Source of the DNA: the human T2T-CHM13v2.0 reference genome, Homo sapiens
Strand: one strand, 5' to 3'
DNA length: 64,000 nt
Assembly: GCF_009914755.1 (NCBI RefSeq)
Contig: NC_060929.1
Both the position numbers and the translations under genes were made by a program. Positions 15,299 to 29,521 of the stretch are shown here, in pieces; the first letter of the stretch is position 1, and the number at the start of each line of letters is the position of its first letter. Under the pieces are notes generated by a model. It made no database searches, was not told the DNA's origin, and saw nothing but the letters and a program-made list of their open reading frames with translations.

Positions 15299-16724
15299 GG
15301 GCCTGTATTATAATACCAAATGATAATATGTAATTATCAAGCAGAGGAGTGAATAGAGAAGAAAATAAGTATTTGAAGATATAATAGTGAAAATATTTCT
15401 AAAAATGACACAATGTATTTAGCCATAGACCTAGAATCCACAAAACTCTAAGCAAAAACAAAAGCAAAAAAGAAAAACACACCTGTAGGCATTATATCAG
15501 ACTATAAAAAACAAAAATAAAGAACAAAAATGATAAAAGCAGTCGAATATAATGGACAATAATAAGGATTTAACAACAGTAAGGATGATAACTCACTTAT
15601 TATCAGAAAAAAAAGAAAGCCATGAAATAAAAATATATCTTCTAAGTACTGGGGGTGGTAGTGAAAGGAGCTATGAACCTAGTATTTTCCAAATGTCTTT
15701 AATAGAAGAAGAATAAATTCTTTTGGATGGAGGAAATAAAAACTAAAATAATCTGTCATGAAAAAGTGAAGAAAAGATTAAGACAATTGGAAATAGTAAA
15801 TATGTGGGTATATAAAATAGGTTATATTTTTCTTATTTAAAAATGTCTAACTGTTTAGGGCAATAAATACTGATATTCACAGAAGTAAAATATTAGCAGA
15901 TTTGGCAAATAAAATTATACATGTTAAGGTATAATATTAACTTGAGTAGCAACCACTGATAAATAAAACAAAGAAATATAGCTAATAGATTACAAGGGGA
16001 GATCAGATGAACTAATATGAAGTACTCAACTAGGACAAAAAAAGAAGGAAGAATGGAGCAAAGTATCAGGCAGAACTTTTAGGAAACACATAGCCAGATG
16101 TCGGACTTAAACTCAACATAACTATAATGTTATTTGATATATATGGACTAAACACTCCAATTAAAAGAAACATATTGTCAGACTAGTTTTAGTGATGAAT
16201 CATACTACAAGCATGTATGAAGACATGGCCAGGTTGAAAATGATAGATTGGGAAAAGATAGGCAAAGCAACCACATATCATAAGAAACCCATATTAATAG
16301 CAAACAAAGTAGATTTCAGGAAAGTGAGTATTATCAGAGGTAAATAAGGATATTTTACAAATATAAATGATTTTTTTTCAAAAATTAATAGAACACAAAG
16401 ACAGAAATCAGTAAGGATATATAAAAATTGGGCAACAGTAGTAACCAATGTGATGAAATTGACATTTACAACATACCACCTGGAACACCTTCAGAATACA
16501 TATTCATCTTAGGTATGTATAAAACATTTACTAAAAAATAGACCATAAGCTGTAAATCAAGTACTAATTGATTCAAGATTAAAAATAAACAGTATGTGTT
16601 CTTGGCTCATAATAAAATTAAAAATACATGACAAAAATAAAATTAGAACTTTTCAAATATTTGAAATCAAGCAACACACTTATAGTCAGTGGACTGAAGA
16701 AGAAATCATGAAAGACATTAGAAT

Positions 16725-16849
16725 AGTCCAGGTGTGGTGGCTCACCCCTGTAATCCCAGTCTTTGGGAGACTGAGGTGGAAGGATCTCTTGAGGCCACGA
16801 GTTCGAGACTAACCCAAGCAACATAGTGAGACCCCACTCCACACACAAA

Positions 16850-16885
<36 letters not shown>

Positions 16886-17080
16886 TTTAAAAAATTAGCC
16901 AAGTATAGTGGCATGCCTCTGTATTCCTAGCTACTTAGGAGACTGAGGCAGGAGGATCACTTGAGCCCAAGTGTGTGAGGCTGCAGTGAGCCATGATCCA
17001 GCCACTGCACTCCAGCCTGGACGACAGAGTGAGATCCTGTCTCAAAAAAAAGAAAGAAAAGAAAAGAAAGAAAGAAAAGA
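16725..17080 (+). mobile_element. AluJ with a (CA)n expansion in the linker and a (GAAAA)n tail
   Basis: J-type right arm 'ggatcacttgagccc...gaggctgcagtgagccatgatc'. TSD aaaga(c/a)attagaa at 16711 and 17081. Confidence 0.92.
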
Positions 17081-17273
17081 AAAGAAATTAGAAAATATTT
17101 TGACATGATAATATATAGAAAATTTAAAAATTGAGAGGGAAATATTTATGGTCTCACATTTATACATTAGAAAACATGAAAGTTTTGAAATAAGATAATA
17201 ACTCAAGGAGATTTTAAAAAAGATGAGCAATTAAACCCAAACGACAAGAGTAAAGCAAACATAAATAAGAATA

Positions 17274-18940
<1,667 letters not shown>

Positions 18941-20021
18941 AAGAATAGAAAATATTTAAGTCAAGAAAAAAACAATAGAAAATAATTAACAAAAGAAAAA
19001 GTTTTTTTAAATTAAAAATTGACAGGATCAATATCAACACTTTTCAAGAAAATAGAAGGAAGGAACACAAATATCTAGAAAGAAATAGGAAACATCACTA
19101 TATAGGTTACAGAAACGAAAAGGATAATGGAGGGATAACATTAAAAACTTTAGCCTAATAAATTCAATAATTCATATGACAAGGACAATCTCCCTAACTC
19201 ACTAAAATGAATACAAAAAGAACTAATAACTAGACAACTTCTCACAAAGAAAACTCCAGGGCCAGATGGTTTCACTGATGAATCATATCAAATATTTAAG
19301 AAATAATACCAATTTACATTAATTCTTTTAAAAATAAATGAGGAAATGTGTATCAATTTTTTAAAATGGTGTCAGTATAAATCAGATGTGAAAATCTGAC
19401 AATAAACATTATAAGAAAAGAAAAATTTAGACAGTATTCCTTACTAACACAAATGCAGACACGTCATTGAAATCTTAACAAACACAACAATATATAAAAA
19501 ATGATAATATACCAGGATTAAGTTATTGGAACACAAAATTGACATATCTTTGAAATCAATTATTGTAATTTGTTACATAAGAATAAAGAAGAAAAATCAC
19601 ATAATTATCTTAATAAACAAAAAACTCCTTTGATAAAATTCAATAATCTTGAAACTTGTAACAAGTAGAAATTAAGAGATATATTAAAATCTAAAATTAG
19701 ATATTTATAAAATGAAGCTACAGCTAACATCATACTTAATGGAGAAGTGTTAACATTTCTACAATTAGGAGCAAAGTAAGGATGCCACTTTCACGTTTTC
19801 TCTTCAACATTATTCTGGATTAGCATCATGGGAGTAAGACAAGAAAGAATAGCATAAAAATTAGAGAACAAAAAGAAAATGGACATTTGTTGACACATTG
19901 TGTAACTAACATTTAAAATAATCTACAGATTAATAATTAGATTTTTTAAAGTAGCAGGATACAAGGTCAATATAAAATAATCAACAGTATTTCAATATTC
20001 TAGTAAAAAACAATTAGAAAA

Positions 20022-20562
20022 TATATTAGAATTCTCTAGAGGGACAGGACTAATAGGATAGATGTATATATGAAAGGGAGTTTATTAAGGAGTATTGATA
20101 CACACGATCACAAGGCGAGGTCCCATAATAGGCCATCTGCGAGCTGAGGAGCAAGGAAGCCAGTTTGAGTCCCAAAACCTCAAAAGTAGTGAACCCAACA
20201 GTGCAGCCTTCAGTGTGTGGCGGAAGGCCTGAGCTGCCCCGGCAAACTACTGGTATGAACCAAGAGTTCAAAAGCTGAAGAACTTGGAATCTGATGTTCC
20301 AAGGCAGAAAGCATCCAGCACGAGAGAAAGATGAAGGCTGGAAACCTCAGCCAATGTAATCCTTCCATGTTTCTCTGCCTGGTTTTATCCTAGCCACGCT
20401 GGCAGCTGATTAGATGGTGCCCACCCAGATCGACGGTAGGTCTGCCTCTCCCAGTCCATTGCCTCAAATGTTAATCTCTTTTAGCAACATCCTCACAAAC
20501 ACACCCAGGAACAATAGTTTGGATCCTTCAATCCAATCAAGTTGACAATATTAACCATCACA
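20022..20562 (-). mobile_element. MLT2A solo LTR of HERV-L (MLT2A2-like by length)
   Basis: Minus strand begins TGTGATGGTTAATATTGTCAACTTGATTGGATTGAAGG. 5-bp TSD gaaaa at 20017-20021 and 20563-20567. Confidence 0.92.
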
Positions 20563-20943
20563 GAAAAGAAATTTTAAAAACAGCATATTTATGAAAGCAT
20601 GATAAAACCTAAAATTCTAAGAGTAAATTAATCAAAACATGCAAAAATTTTACACTGAAAGCTTTACACTTTGCTGATAGAAATTAAAGAAGACCTGCAT
20701 AAATGGAAAGATTGAAAAAGGAAATACTGTTAAGAGATGCTGATACTCTCTAATTGTGTCTACACACTTTGCAACCCCAATCAATATCCAGTAGCCTTTT
20801 AAAAAATTGACTAACTGCATCTAAAATTTGTATAGGAATGCATAGTATCTACTGTATGCAACACAATCTTGAACCAGAAGCACAAATTTGAATTACTTAC
20901 ACTTCTTTAATACATGTTATAAAATATGTAATTAAGACAGTGG

Positions 20944-21273
20944 GGCCGGGTGCAGTGGCTCACGCCTGTAATCCCAGCACTTTGGGAGGCCGAGGCGGGA
21001 GGATCACGAGGTCAGGAGTTCGAGACCAGCCTGGCCAATATGCTGAAACCCTGTTTCTAATAAAAATACAAAAATTAGCCGGGTGTGGTGGCGGGCGCCT
21101 GTAGTCCCAGTTACTCAGGAGGCTAAGACTAGAGAATCACTTGAACCCAGGAGGTGGAGGTTGCAGTGAGCCAAGATAGCACCATTGCACTCCGGCCTGG
21201 GCAACAGAGTGAGAGAGATTCTATAAAAAAAAAAAACAAAAAACAAAAACAAAACAAAACAAAAAAAACCACA
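20944..21273 (+). mobile_element. AluSg-like
   Basis: 'gatcacgaggtcaggagttcgagaccagcc'. TSD aagacagtgg at 20934-20943 and 21274-21283. Confidence 0.95.
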
Positions 21274-21518
21274 AAGACAGTGGAGTATTTGTGTGACCAC
21301 AGATAATTATTGGAATAAAATCTAGAGTTCAGAAATAGATCCACATATATAAAGTTAATTAATTTTCAACAAATACATCCATATAATTCTGGGTGAAAAA
21401 ATATACTTTTTTTCTCTGACAAATTATGCTGAGTAATTGAATACCTATATAATATATAAATTTTCAATCCCACCTAATACATTAAAATATATAACTATAT
21501 ATTATGCCTATAAGTTTT

Positions 21519-21809
21519 TTTTTTTTTTTTGAGACAGAGTCTCACTCTTTTGCCCAGGCAAGAGTGCAGTGGCACTATCGGCTCACTGCAAGCTCCACCT
21601 CCAGGGTTCATGCCATTCTCCTGCCTCAGCCTCCCAAGTAGCTGGGACTACAGGCGCCCGCCACTGCGCCCAGCTTATTTTTTGTATTTTTAGTAGAGAC
21701 GGGGTTTCACCGTGTTAGCCAAGATGGTCTAGATCTCCTGACCTCGTGATCCGCCCGCCTCGGCCTCCCAAAGTGCTGGGATTACAGGCATGAGCCACCG
21801 CGCCTGGCC
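21519..21809 (-). mobile_element. AluY
   Basis: Y diagnostics 'gcaagctcc', 'gccattctcc', 'ccgtgttagcc'. TSD gcct(a/g)taagtttt at 21506 and 21810. Confidence 0.95.
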
Positions 21810-22119
21810 GCCTGTAAGTTTTATTTAAGAAAGCAAAAGAGAATATATTCCAGAGGCAATAATTTTTCAGAAAGAATACAAAAACTTTGACAATAAAATT
21901 CAGAATTGAAAATTGGACTTTGCCCAAATAAAAAATGTTCTGCTAATCAAAAGACACTTAGAATATATATAATATATAATATATATATATATACACACAC
22001 ACACACAAGACACAAGGAGATAACATTTTTCATATATTTATCTGAAAGAATTCCTATCCATAAAATATATAGAACTTCTACAGATCCCTAATGAAAAGAT
22101 AAGTAGTAGAAAAAATTTG

Positions 22120-22298
22120 GGTCAGGCATGGTGTCTCATGCCTGTAATATCCCAGCACATTAGGAGGCTGAGGTTGGGGGATTGCTTGAGTCCAGGAGGT
22201 GGAGGCTGCAGGGAGCCATGATCAGGCCACTGTGCCACTGCACTCCAGCCGGGGTGTCAGTGAGACTCTAACTAAAAAAAAAAAAAAAAAAAAAAAAG
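22120..22298 (+). mobile_element. Alu monomer (FRAM-like, or a left/right-arm recombinant AluJ)
   Basis: Left-arm-like 5' end joined to a right-arm 3' end, then poly(A). Confidence 0.8.
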
Positions 22299-22467
22299 AT
22301 AGATAGATGTACTATATATATGCAAAATTCTTTAAGCAACAATTTATATAGGAAGGATAAAAATGGTCAATGATCATATGAAAAAATTCTCACCTTCCTT
22401 ACATATCATAGAAAAGCAAAGTAAAGCCACCACACACTCACTGGCATAGCTAAAATTAAGATCTCTC

Positions 22468-22765
22468 TCTGTTCCTGTGTTAGTTTGCTGAGAATGAACA
22501 GAAAAATAAACACTACATGATCTCACTCATAAGTGGGAGTTGAACTATGAGAACACACAGACACAGGGAGGGGAACATCACACAGTGGGGCCTGCCAGCG
22601 GTGGCGGCTAGGGGAGGGATAGCATTAGGAGAAATACCTAATGTAGATGACGGATTGATAGGCGCAGCAAACCACCATGGCACGTGTATGCCTATGTAAC
22701 AAACCTGCATGTTCTGCACATGTATCCCAGAACTTAAAGTATAATAAAAAATAATAATAATTTTA
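22468..22765 (+). mobile_element. About 300-bp 5'-truncated and 5'-inverted L1PA (L1PA7-like) 3' end
   Basis: 3'UTR 'gcattaggagaaatacctaatgtagatgacgg...cccagaacttaaagtataat'. First 30 bp inverted. TSD aa(g/a)atctctc at 22458-22467 and 22766-22775. Confidence 0.9.
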
Positions 22766-23739
22766 AAAATCTCTCACAATAACAAGCAAGTATTGACAAG
22801 AATGTGAAAAAACTAGAAGTACGTTGCCGGTAGAAGTGTGAAATGGTAAAACCATTTTGCAGGAGTACTAGACAGTTTCCATTGATTTCAAAGATATATG
22901 TACCCTATAATCCAGAAATTCCATTATTAGTTGTCTATTTAGGAAAAATTAAAACATATGTCTTCAATTATAAATAATATTTACAGAAGCTTTATGCATA
23001 ATAGTCAAACACTGGAAACAACCCAAACGTTCATCAACAATGAGGGAATAAACAAATTTTGGTATATAAATATAGTGTAATATAATAAAAATGATGCACA
23101 CGACAACATAGATCATTCTCAAAAATATACTGCATAATTCTTTTATATCAAGTCCAAAACAGGCAAAGATAATCCACAGTAACAGACAACATATCAGCTA
23201 TTGTTTCTAAAGACAACTGACTGAAAAGGGGCATGAGGGAACATTGTGGGGCGATGGTAATATTCTATATTTATGTTTGTGTGATTGTTACATTGACGTA
23301 TTTATTTGTCAAAACTTATAGAATGTAAACTTAAGATTCATTCTTTCTACTATATATAAATTTTTTCTCAATGAAAAAGAAAAAGAGAGAGAACAAATGC
23401 CCAAGGTCACAGAGTTAATGGTTGCAACACATGAGTTAGAATGTCAATTGCTCATTTCTTTTCTAGGACATTTAGGATTTCAATAATCTTAATGTGAGCT
23501 GAAAAATCCCTAACAGTAATAATACCAGTCATTTTGGACTGGTGTGAGACATTGAATTTAGGTTAATATCTGTGCCAAGACATTGAACTTAGATTCACCT
23601 ATGCCAAGGAAATCTTTTTGGTATTAAAAGTTTACAGCACGTTGTTAAAGAATAGTGGAACTGGATATCACAGGGAAGTACCTAAGAAACAAGCAATGAA
23701 ATGTTATTTTTACCTACAGAGGCAGCTAAGAAAAATACA

Positions 23740-23960
23740 TATTAGAGAAAGGTGAAGATATCAAGTTTTATAGCACAAGCAAGACTGAAGAGGTAAAAGT
23801 TTCAAATAATTTTTGAAATTTTAAAAAATAATCAATGATATAGAAATGCTTCCATATGAGAAGAGACTAAAAGCTTTCTTTTATTCTAGCAAGACAGAAA
23901 ATAGCAAGGGCATGACTAACAAGCTTTAAATGGATGGGAGAGATAACTGAATTCACTTAG
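23740..23960 (+). mobile_element. Possible CR1/L3 relic
   Basis: 'catatgagaagagactaaaagc...ttctagcaagacag...agggcatgac' resembles the L3/CR1 ORF2 3' region. Confidence 0.35.
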
Positions 23961-24239
23961 AAGGAAGCTTTGGTAAACTCTTCTAATCACTAACTTATTG
24001 AGGAGTTTCTTCTATCTCCTCAATAAATAGCAACAATATTTCAGCTAAAATACTGATTATTTCATTAGTAATGGCTGCCTGAAATCCTATGTTAAGACAT
24101 ATTCTGGAATCTATCTAAGTGCAGTGTAAAGAACACCATAGTTGACATGTTCTCTAGTCATGGAAGAGGAAAAGTGGAGTGCTCTCCAGCACTCTTGACC
24201 AAGGATTATAAAACATATTCCCTGAATAGCTACAGTCTC

Positions 24240-24392
24240 CAGAGAGCAAGTGCCAATATTGGATTTCCCATTTTAAACTATAGGCAAGTATAGTGTCTCT
24301 CACCATGTCCCCTCCATTACATAGGGAAATGTCTGGCATACAATAGATGATCAATAAAATTTTGGTGATTACATGGATGATAGAATGAATTC
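24240..24392 (+). mobile_element. LINE-2 3' terminus
   Basis: 'tgtctggcatacaatagatgatcaataaaatttt...gaatgaat'. Confidence 0.55.
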
Positions 24393-27071
24393 AAACAACC
24401 ATCTCTGCCTTGAAGCTTTTGCTAGTAGTTCAACATTGATCTTTTCCTGTTTGAATCAGCAATGGCAAAATCATAGGTTTTGAACAGCGACTTTGTTCTA
24501 AGAATTTCACTATATACTTTACATATATTATTTGTTCCACAGCACAATTTATTAGGGTCAAAATTTCATTATATGCATGACTCTCTACTCTGCTACTGCC
24601 AAAAAATATACATTAGAAAATAATTTCTTTAAATTTGTGGATCATAAGATGAATGCTGTGTTACTTATAAATGACAATTTTGCACACCCAATTAAGCAAA
24701 AGTGCTGTGTAAACAGAAAATTCTATGTTACTGCAGATAATATCTATGTTTCTGGTGAATATTTTTGAAAAATTACAAATTAATTTTATGCTACTATTAA
24801 TTATGATTTTATAGCGCCATTAAATTTAAGATAGTTTCTTTTATGATACAAATGTAATTATTTGGAGTGAATAGAGGTAAAATAAATTATTAACACTGAT
24901 GTATATTGCAATTAACTCCCAAGACAAATAATTTCATTAATAATTCTGTGTCAAAACTACAGTGCTTTCAGCATTCATTATACAAATTATCTTTTACATC
25001 TTTTCATAATTTAATTTACTCACCTAAATGAGTATAAAATACATCAAAATAATTAGGAATAACTGATTATGTCATTCTTATATGTCTGTAAGTATATTTA
25101 AGGTGTTATGCTGCATATATTATATTAATCTCTAATAAAGTAAACTTCTAAAAAATCAAATTTATTTTACATTAGTATAATTTCCCTGGGATACATTTTT
25201 TAAAATAATAACACAATTATCACATTGTTTCAAGATAATTAGCAGATCTAGACTAAAAGATTAGTAATAGTTTAATTTATAACCCAAGATTATTGTTTGT
25301 TTGTTTGTTTTTAATTGGCTCCCAGGGTGTCATTTCTACTATTTTGTGATGTTGTTCTTTCCATGAATACACTTCTTCTTCAATAGAAAAACTCATAATT
25401 TCCACACATCACCCCCCCACAAGACTTTAAAGCAGTTTCAATTCCATAAGCAATAATTACAGTGCAATTTATAAATAGGGAGTTACAAAATAACAGAGTA
25501 TGGTGTTACAATACCATCCCACTTCCCACTCTACCATCTCTTCGAATAAAGATGTTAAGATAAGTTAATTTCTTCTAATGAAGTCAGAGTGTATGGTTCT
25601 CCCAAGAACTGAGTGTGAGTCACTTTTTACGGTATCTCCGATCTTAGAAGGGAAGGAATTGCTGGTGGTGATATGTTACAGTGGTTTCTAAAAGGTAAGA
25701 TATTTTGATTTGTACATGATAGAGGTTGCATTTGAGGCCCAGAGAAGTTGTTGTGTGCTGGAATTAGTAATACAACTAGTAAAGTCCTAATACCTCAAGT
25801 TCCTGGATTTAGATCCAGGTTTAGTTGCTGTATTATGTAAATTTGTTAGAAGAAATGCTTGTTCTCTTCCATTTGTGTTTCTAGAGAGAGAAAGAGACTT
25901 CCGATTCTAAGGGATGATTATTTGGATGCACATTTCCAGCTCCTTCCTTCGGCTCCTTATTTTTTCCTTTCCACGGTGACATCCATCAATCTAAGGAAAT
26001 TTAGCAATAGGTCTCAAATGCATGCTGGATAGAATTTGCCAAGGTTTTTTGTGTTACATTATCTATCTATTTTACAGTAATGTTGAGAACTCTCCTTTAT
26101 TTGGCTAATAAAGACTATTTATTAATATGTTAGGAATCTAGGAAAGGAGGGGTGAATGACCAAGTGGCCCCACATCTCCAAAAATTGGAAAAAATTACCC
26201 CCACCAATTAAGATTCTAGGGTCACATCAAGACACACATATGAAATTACATTCTTTAGCACATTAGGGTAAATAGAGGAGGCTGTCTGGAAATAGCCAGA
26301 AAAGGAATCCCACTGCCTTAGACCCAGACCATTCCCTCCCAGATGCAAAGACAATCTCTTACTGAGTGTTTACCAAATTTTTCTTCCGTCCTCATTCCCT
26401 TCCTCCATCCTTCTCTCTCTTTTTCTATCTTCTCTCTTGTCTTTTCCGTTCCTTTCCTCACAGTTGTTTAAGAGTAGTAATCTTAAGGAAAAAGCACCCT
26501 CATTGCATGAAAGCCAAGGGCAGTCAAGGAGAGCTAGAAGCCAGCCAATTATAACATTAATACTAGTAGAAGCCAGATATACCTAACTGGTAGTTTGACA
26601 TGCGAATTACAACTCTTCTTATATATTCCTTAAAAGTCCAACAGACTTTTATACTAGGCAACATTAGAGAATGGTATAGTGTTGCAATTACTTGCCTACT
26701 TTTCTAATAAATAACAGTCTCTACGTTAAACCATCTGTTTCTCAAATGTATCCTAATTAGGCTAAACCATAACAGAAAGAGGACAATTTTCTGTTTGAAA
26801 AAACTTTTGTCATTTACCAAGAAGGAAATATTTCCTTTTTTTTTTTTTTTTTTTGCTTTGATTCTATCCTCCTCTTCCAATTAAATGATCAAGTAGTGCT
26901 TGGTTCAGTTGAAAATGTATTATTAATTATCTCTGATGCTCTATAATTCAGTGCATGCCCTAGATAACTTAGCTTCGTGATCTGTTGGTTTACTTGGCCC
27001 AGAAGAACATGAATAGTGAGGCTTTGGAACTACAGAAGCTCAAGGCAGAAAGTTCTAAGTAAGCATCTAAA

Positions 27072-27261
27072 CAGAGATAAGCATCTAAGCCATCTAAACT
27101 GCAAAGCGTCAAATGGTGTCTTTTCAGCATTGCTGACTAGACAGGTCGCCCTAGGGACTACTCAACTCTGCTGTTGTAGGGCAGCCAGGCAGCCATAGAC
27201 AATACCTAAATGAATGAGTGTGGCTGGCTCTGGCCCATGGACTATAATTTTCCAACCTCTG
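27072..27261 (+). mobile_element. MER58-type hAT-Charlie MITE, internally deleted
   Basis: 'actactcaactctgctgttgtag...gcagccatagacaatacctaaatgaatgagtgtggctg'. CAG...CTG ends. Flanking atctaaa on both sides fits the Charlie target site. Confidence 0.8.
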
Positions 27262-27489
27262 ATCTAAATGTGCCATTTGTAGATATAGAATGTGCTATCT
27301 CAAGAGGATATAACTTCTGTATGGTCTCAGATCCATGGCAGGAAGCCAGGTCTCCTACCTCCCAGATGTTCACTCTTTACATACTATCACACTTCTTCCA
27401 CTTGCGGCCCAATACTAGGGCAGATAATGATGCTAAAATAATCAGAGGTGTTTTATTTGTAATGCAAATATAAAAACTAAACAGACAAA

Positions 27490-27745
27490 TACTACTAGCT
27501 AATATTTATTTATACAGTACTATGCATTATGCAATATGCTAAATTTTTACACATACTTATTTAACCAGCTCCCAACCCTGTGAGAGTAGATAGTTTTATT
27601 ATGCGTAGTTTGTGCATAAGAAGCTGAGGCTTAGAGATTTTAAGTTAAGTTGCCAAGGCTACAACGTCAGTAAGAGACACAGCTAAGATTCAAACCTGTT
27701 TACTAAATCTGATAGGGATACTCATATCATATTGCTTCCACTTAC
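27490..27745 (-). mobile_element. MIR SINE
   Basis: 'ataagaagctgaggcttagagattttaag...ttgccaaggctacaac...gattcaaacctg'. Confidence 0.8.
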
Positions 27746-27815
27746 AAATACGTTGACTGTGTGGGGCATCCATTGTTTAGGACCACTAGGCTCCCATTTC
27801 ATATTGTTGGGTAAC

Positions 27816-28811
27816 TGTAATAGGTTGAATATTATCCACTCAAATGTCACCAGGATAATGCCAGCCTAAGCAGTTGGAATTTTTATTTTGACAGTTTTTT
27901 TCAATTTAATCTCCTGATCCACAGGCATGGCTACTTAATGAACCCCAAATAGCTTGGGATGCCCCAAGAGATTTATGATCCTTTGCCAAATACCAGAGGG
28001 AAATAAGAACCATGCCAGATGGGTTCAAGTGAGAATTGGTGCCCCCCTTTAAATCATTAACATATAATTGTAATGCTAAAGTCCCCACCCATAGGAGAAA
28101 ATCATCGTGATTTTCTAAATATACATCATACGAAGAGGGATGTGTATGATCTGCGCCTTCACTCTGGAGTTCCTGCCTGCATGTGTTTACGTACCTCCCC
28201 ACCCCACATCTCAATTTTGAAAATTCCCCAGCTTCACATAGCTCAGCTTCTGGAGGTAGGAAGGGGTTCTTTAGAGTGACAGCTCACTCCATCTCCATTC
28301 CTGGCCAGGAATAAAACCTGCTTGCCTTTTTCCCAATTGGGTGTTCTTTCTTTGTGATCAAAATAAAGTAGAGAAAGAACTCAGTTTACCAGTGACACAA
28401 AGACATCACGTCCTAATCCTTAAAACTTTTGTACATTTTATCATATTTGGAAAAAGAACCTGTGCAGATATAATTAAAGATCTTGAGCTGAAGAGATCAC
28501 TGTGGATTATATGGCTGGAACATAAATAAACTTACAGATCTAATAAGAGCTTTGAGAGAAACAGAAGAGGCAATGTGATGATGAAATCCAGGGTGGCAAT
28601 GGAGTGATGCAGCCAGAAGCCAAGGAGTGCCTGGGGCCATCAGAACCTGAGAGAGGCCTGGATCCCATTCTTCCCTAAAGTCCCTGGAGGGAGATGGCTC
28701 CTGCAAAATTTTGAGTTTCTTGCCAACAAAGCTGTGGAAGAATAAATTTGTATTGATTTAAGCCACCCAGTTTGTAGTAACTTGTTACAATAGTCTCAGG
28801 ACACTGATCCA
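27816..28811 (+). mobile_element. MLT1C/D LTR, interrupted at 27845-28397
   Basis: 'tgtaataggttgaat...caaa|gacatcacgtcctaatcc...gaataaatttgtattgatttaagccacccagtttgtagtaacttgttac'. TSD gtaac/gaaac. Confidence 0.85.
27845..28397 (+). mobile_element. Solo LTR, ERV1 class (family not determined)
   Basis: TGTCAC...GTGACA inverted termini, perfect 4-bp TSD caaa (27841-27844 and 28398-28401), AATAAA near 28310. Confidence 0.8.
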
Positions 28812-29521
28812 GAAACCATGTCCTGATTTCCCTCTGGACCATCTCCCCTTCCCCACCCTCTGCCCATGTGCTTCGCATTGGAAGTGGCTGCTCCCTTTTC
28901 TCTAGGAGTGGTATATTTGACCCTGTCCTAAGCCAGTTCAACTTTACATTTCTTTGGCCTCAAGATTAGCTCAGGAATGAACACATAACCCAGACATCCA
29001 ATGAAAGTGAGTATATGACATTCATAGCTACTAGAAATACTTTATCTTTCCTGCTGGATTGGAAAACAAACAAACAAACAAACAAACAAAAGGGGCTATA
29101 GTTGGATTACCTGAATGGTATCCTGCAACCATGAGGGAAGAGGTTGCTGAGTAATGGAAACATCTTGAAGAAATCAATCCAGAGACTGGTAGATTTGAGT
29201 TCGAGTGGTTTCTTTCGGGCTCATGTCTAAAGCTTGCAGTAGGACAAGCCCTGCTTTTGGAATTCCTGAATACAGGAGCCAAACATTTCCTTTTATAGAT
29301 AAGGGTAGATAATAATGAGTTTTCTGTCATATCAGCATAGAAGCTCCTAATTATGGTGGGCTAAGCTTTTTAGAAACTTTATATAAAGCGAAATTTATGT
29401 CAGCTTGTGAAATCCTATTTTATGAACTTTCAAAAAATCTCATTGATAATGTAGAATCTGCCAGAAAAATATTTGCACATCAAAGTATGCTGTGTCAAGA
29501 CTAGTTGATATTTTATCCTAG

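Larger units (their letters stand above)
27758..29355 (+). mobile_element. Old MaLR/ERVL LTR (MLT1K/L-like), split after 27815 by nested LTRs and resuming at about 28817
   Basis: '...gggtaac | catgtcctgatttccctc...ccaccctctgcccatgtg' is colinear. 3' end 'gagttttctgtcat...ctcctaat'. Confidence 0.55.
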
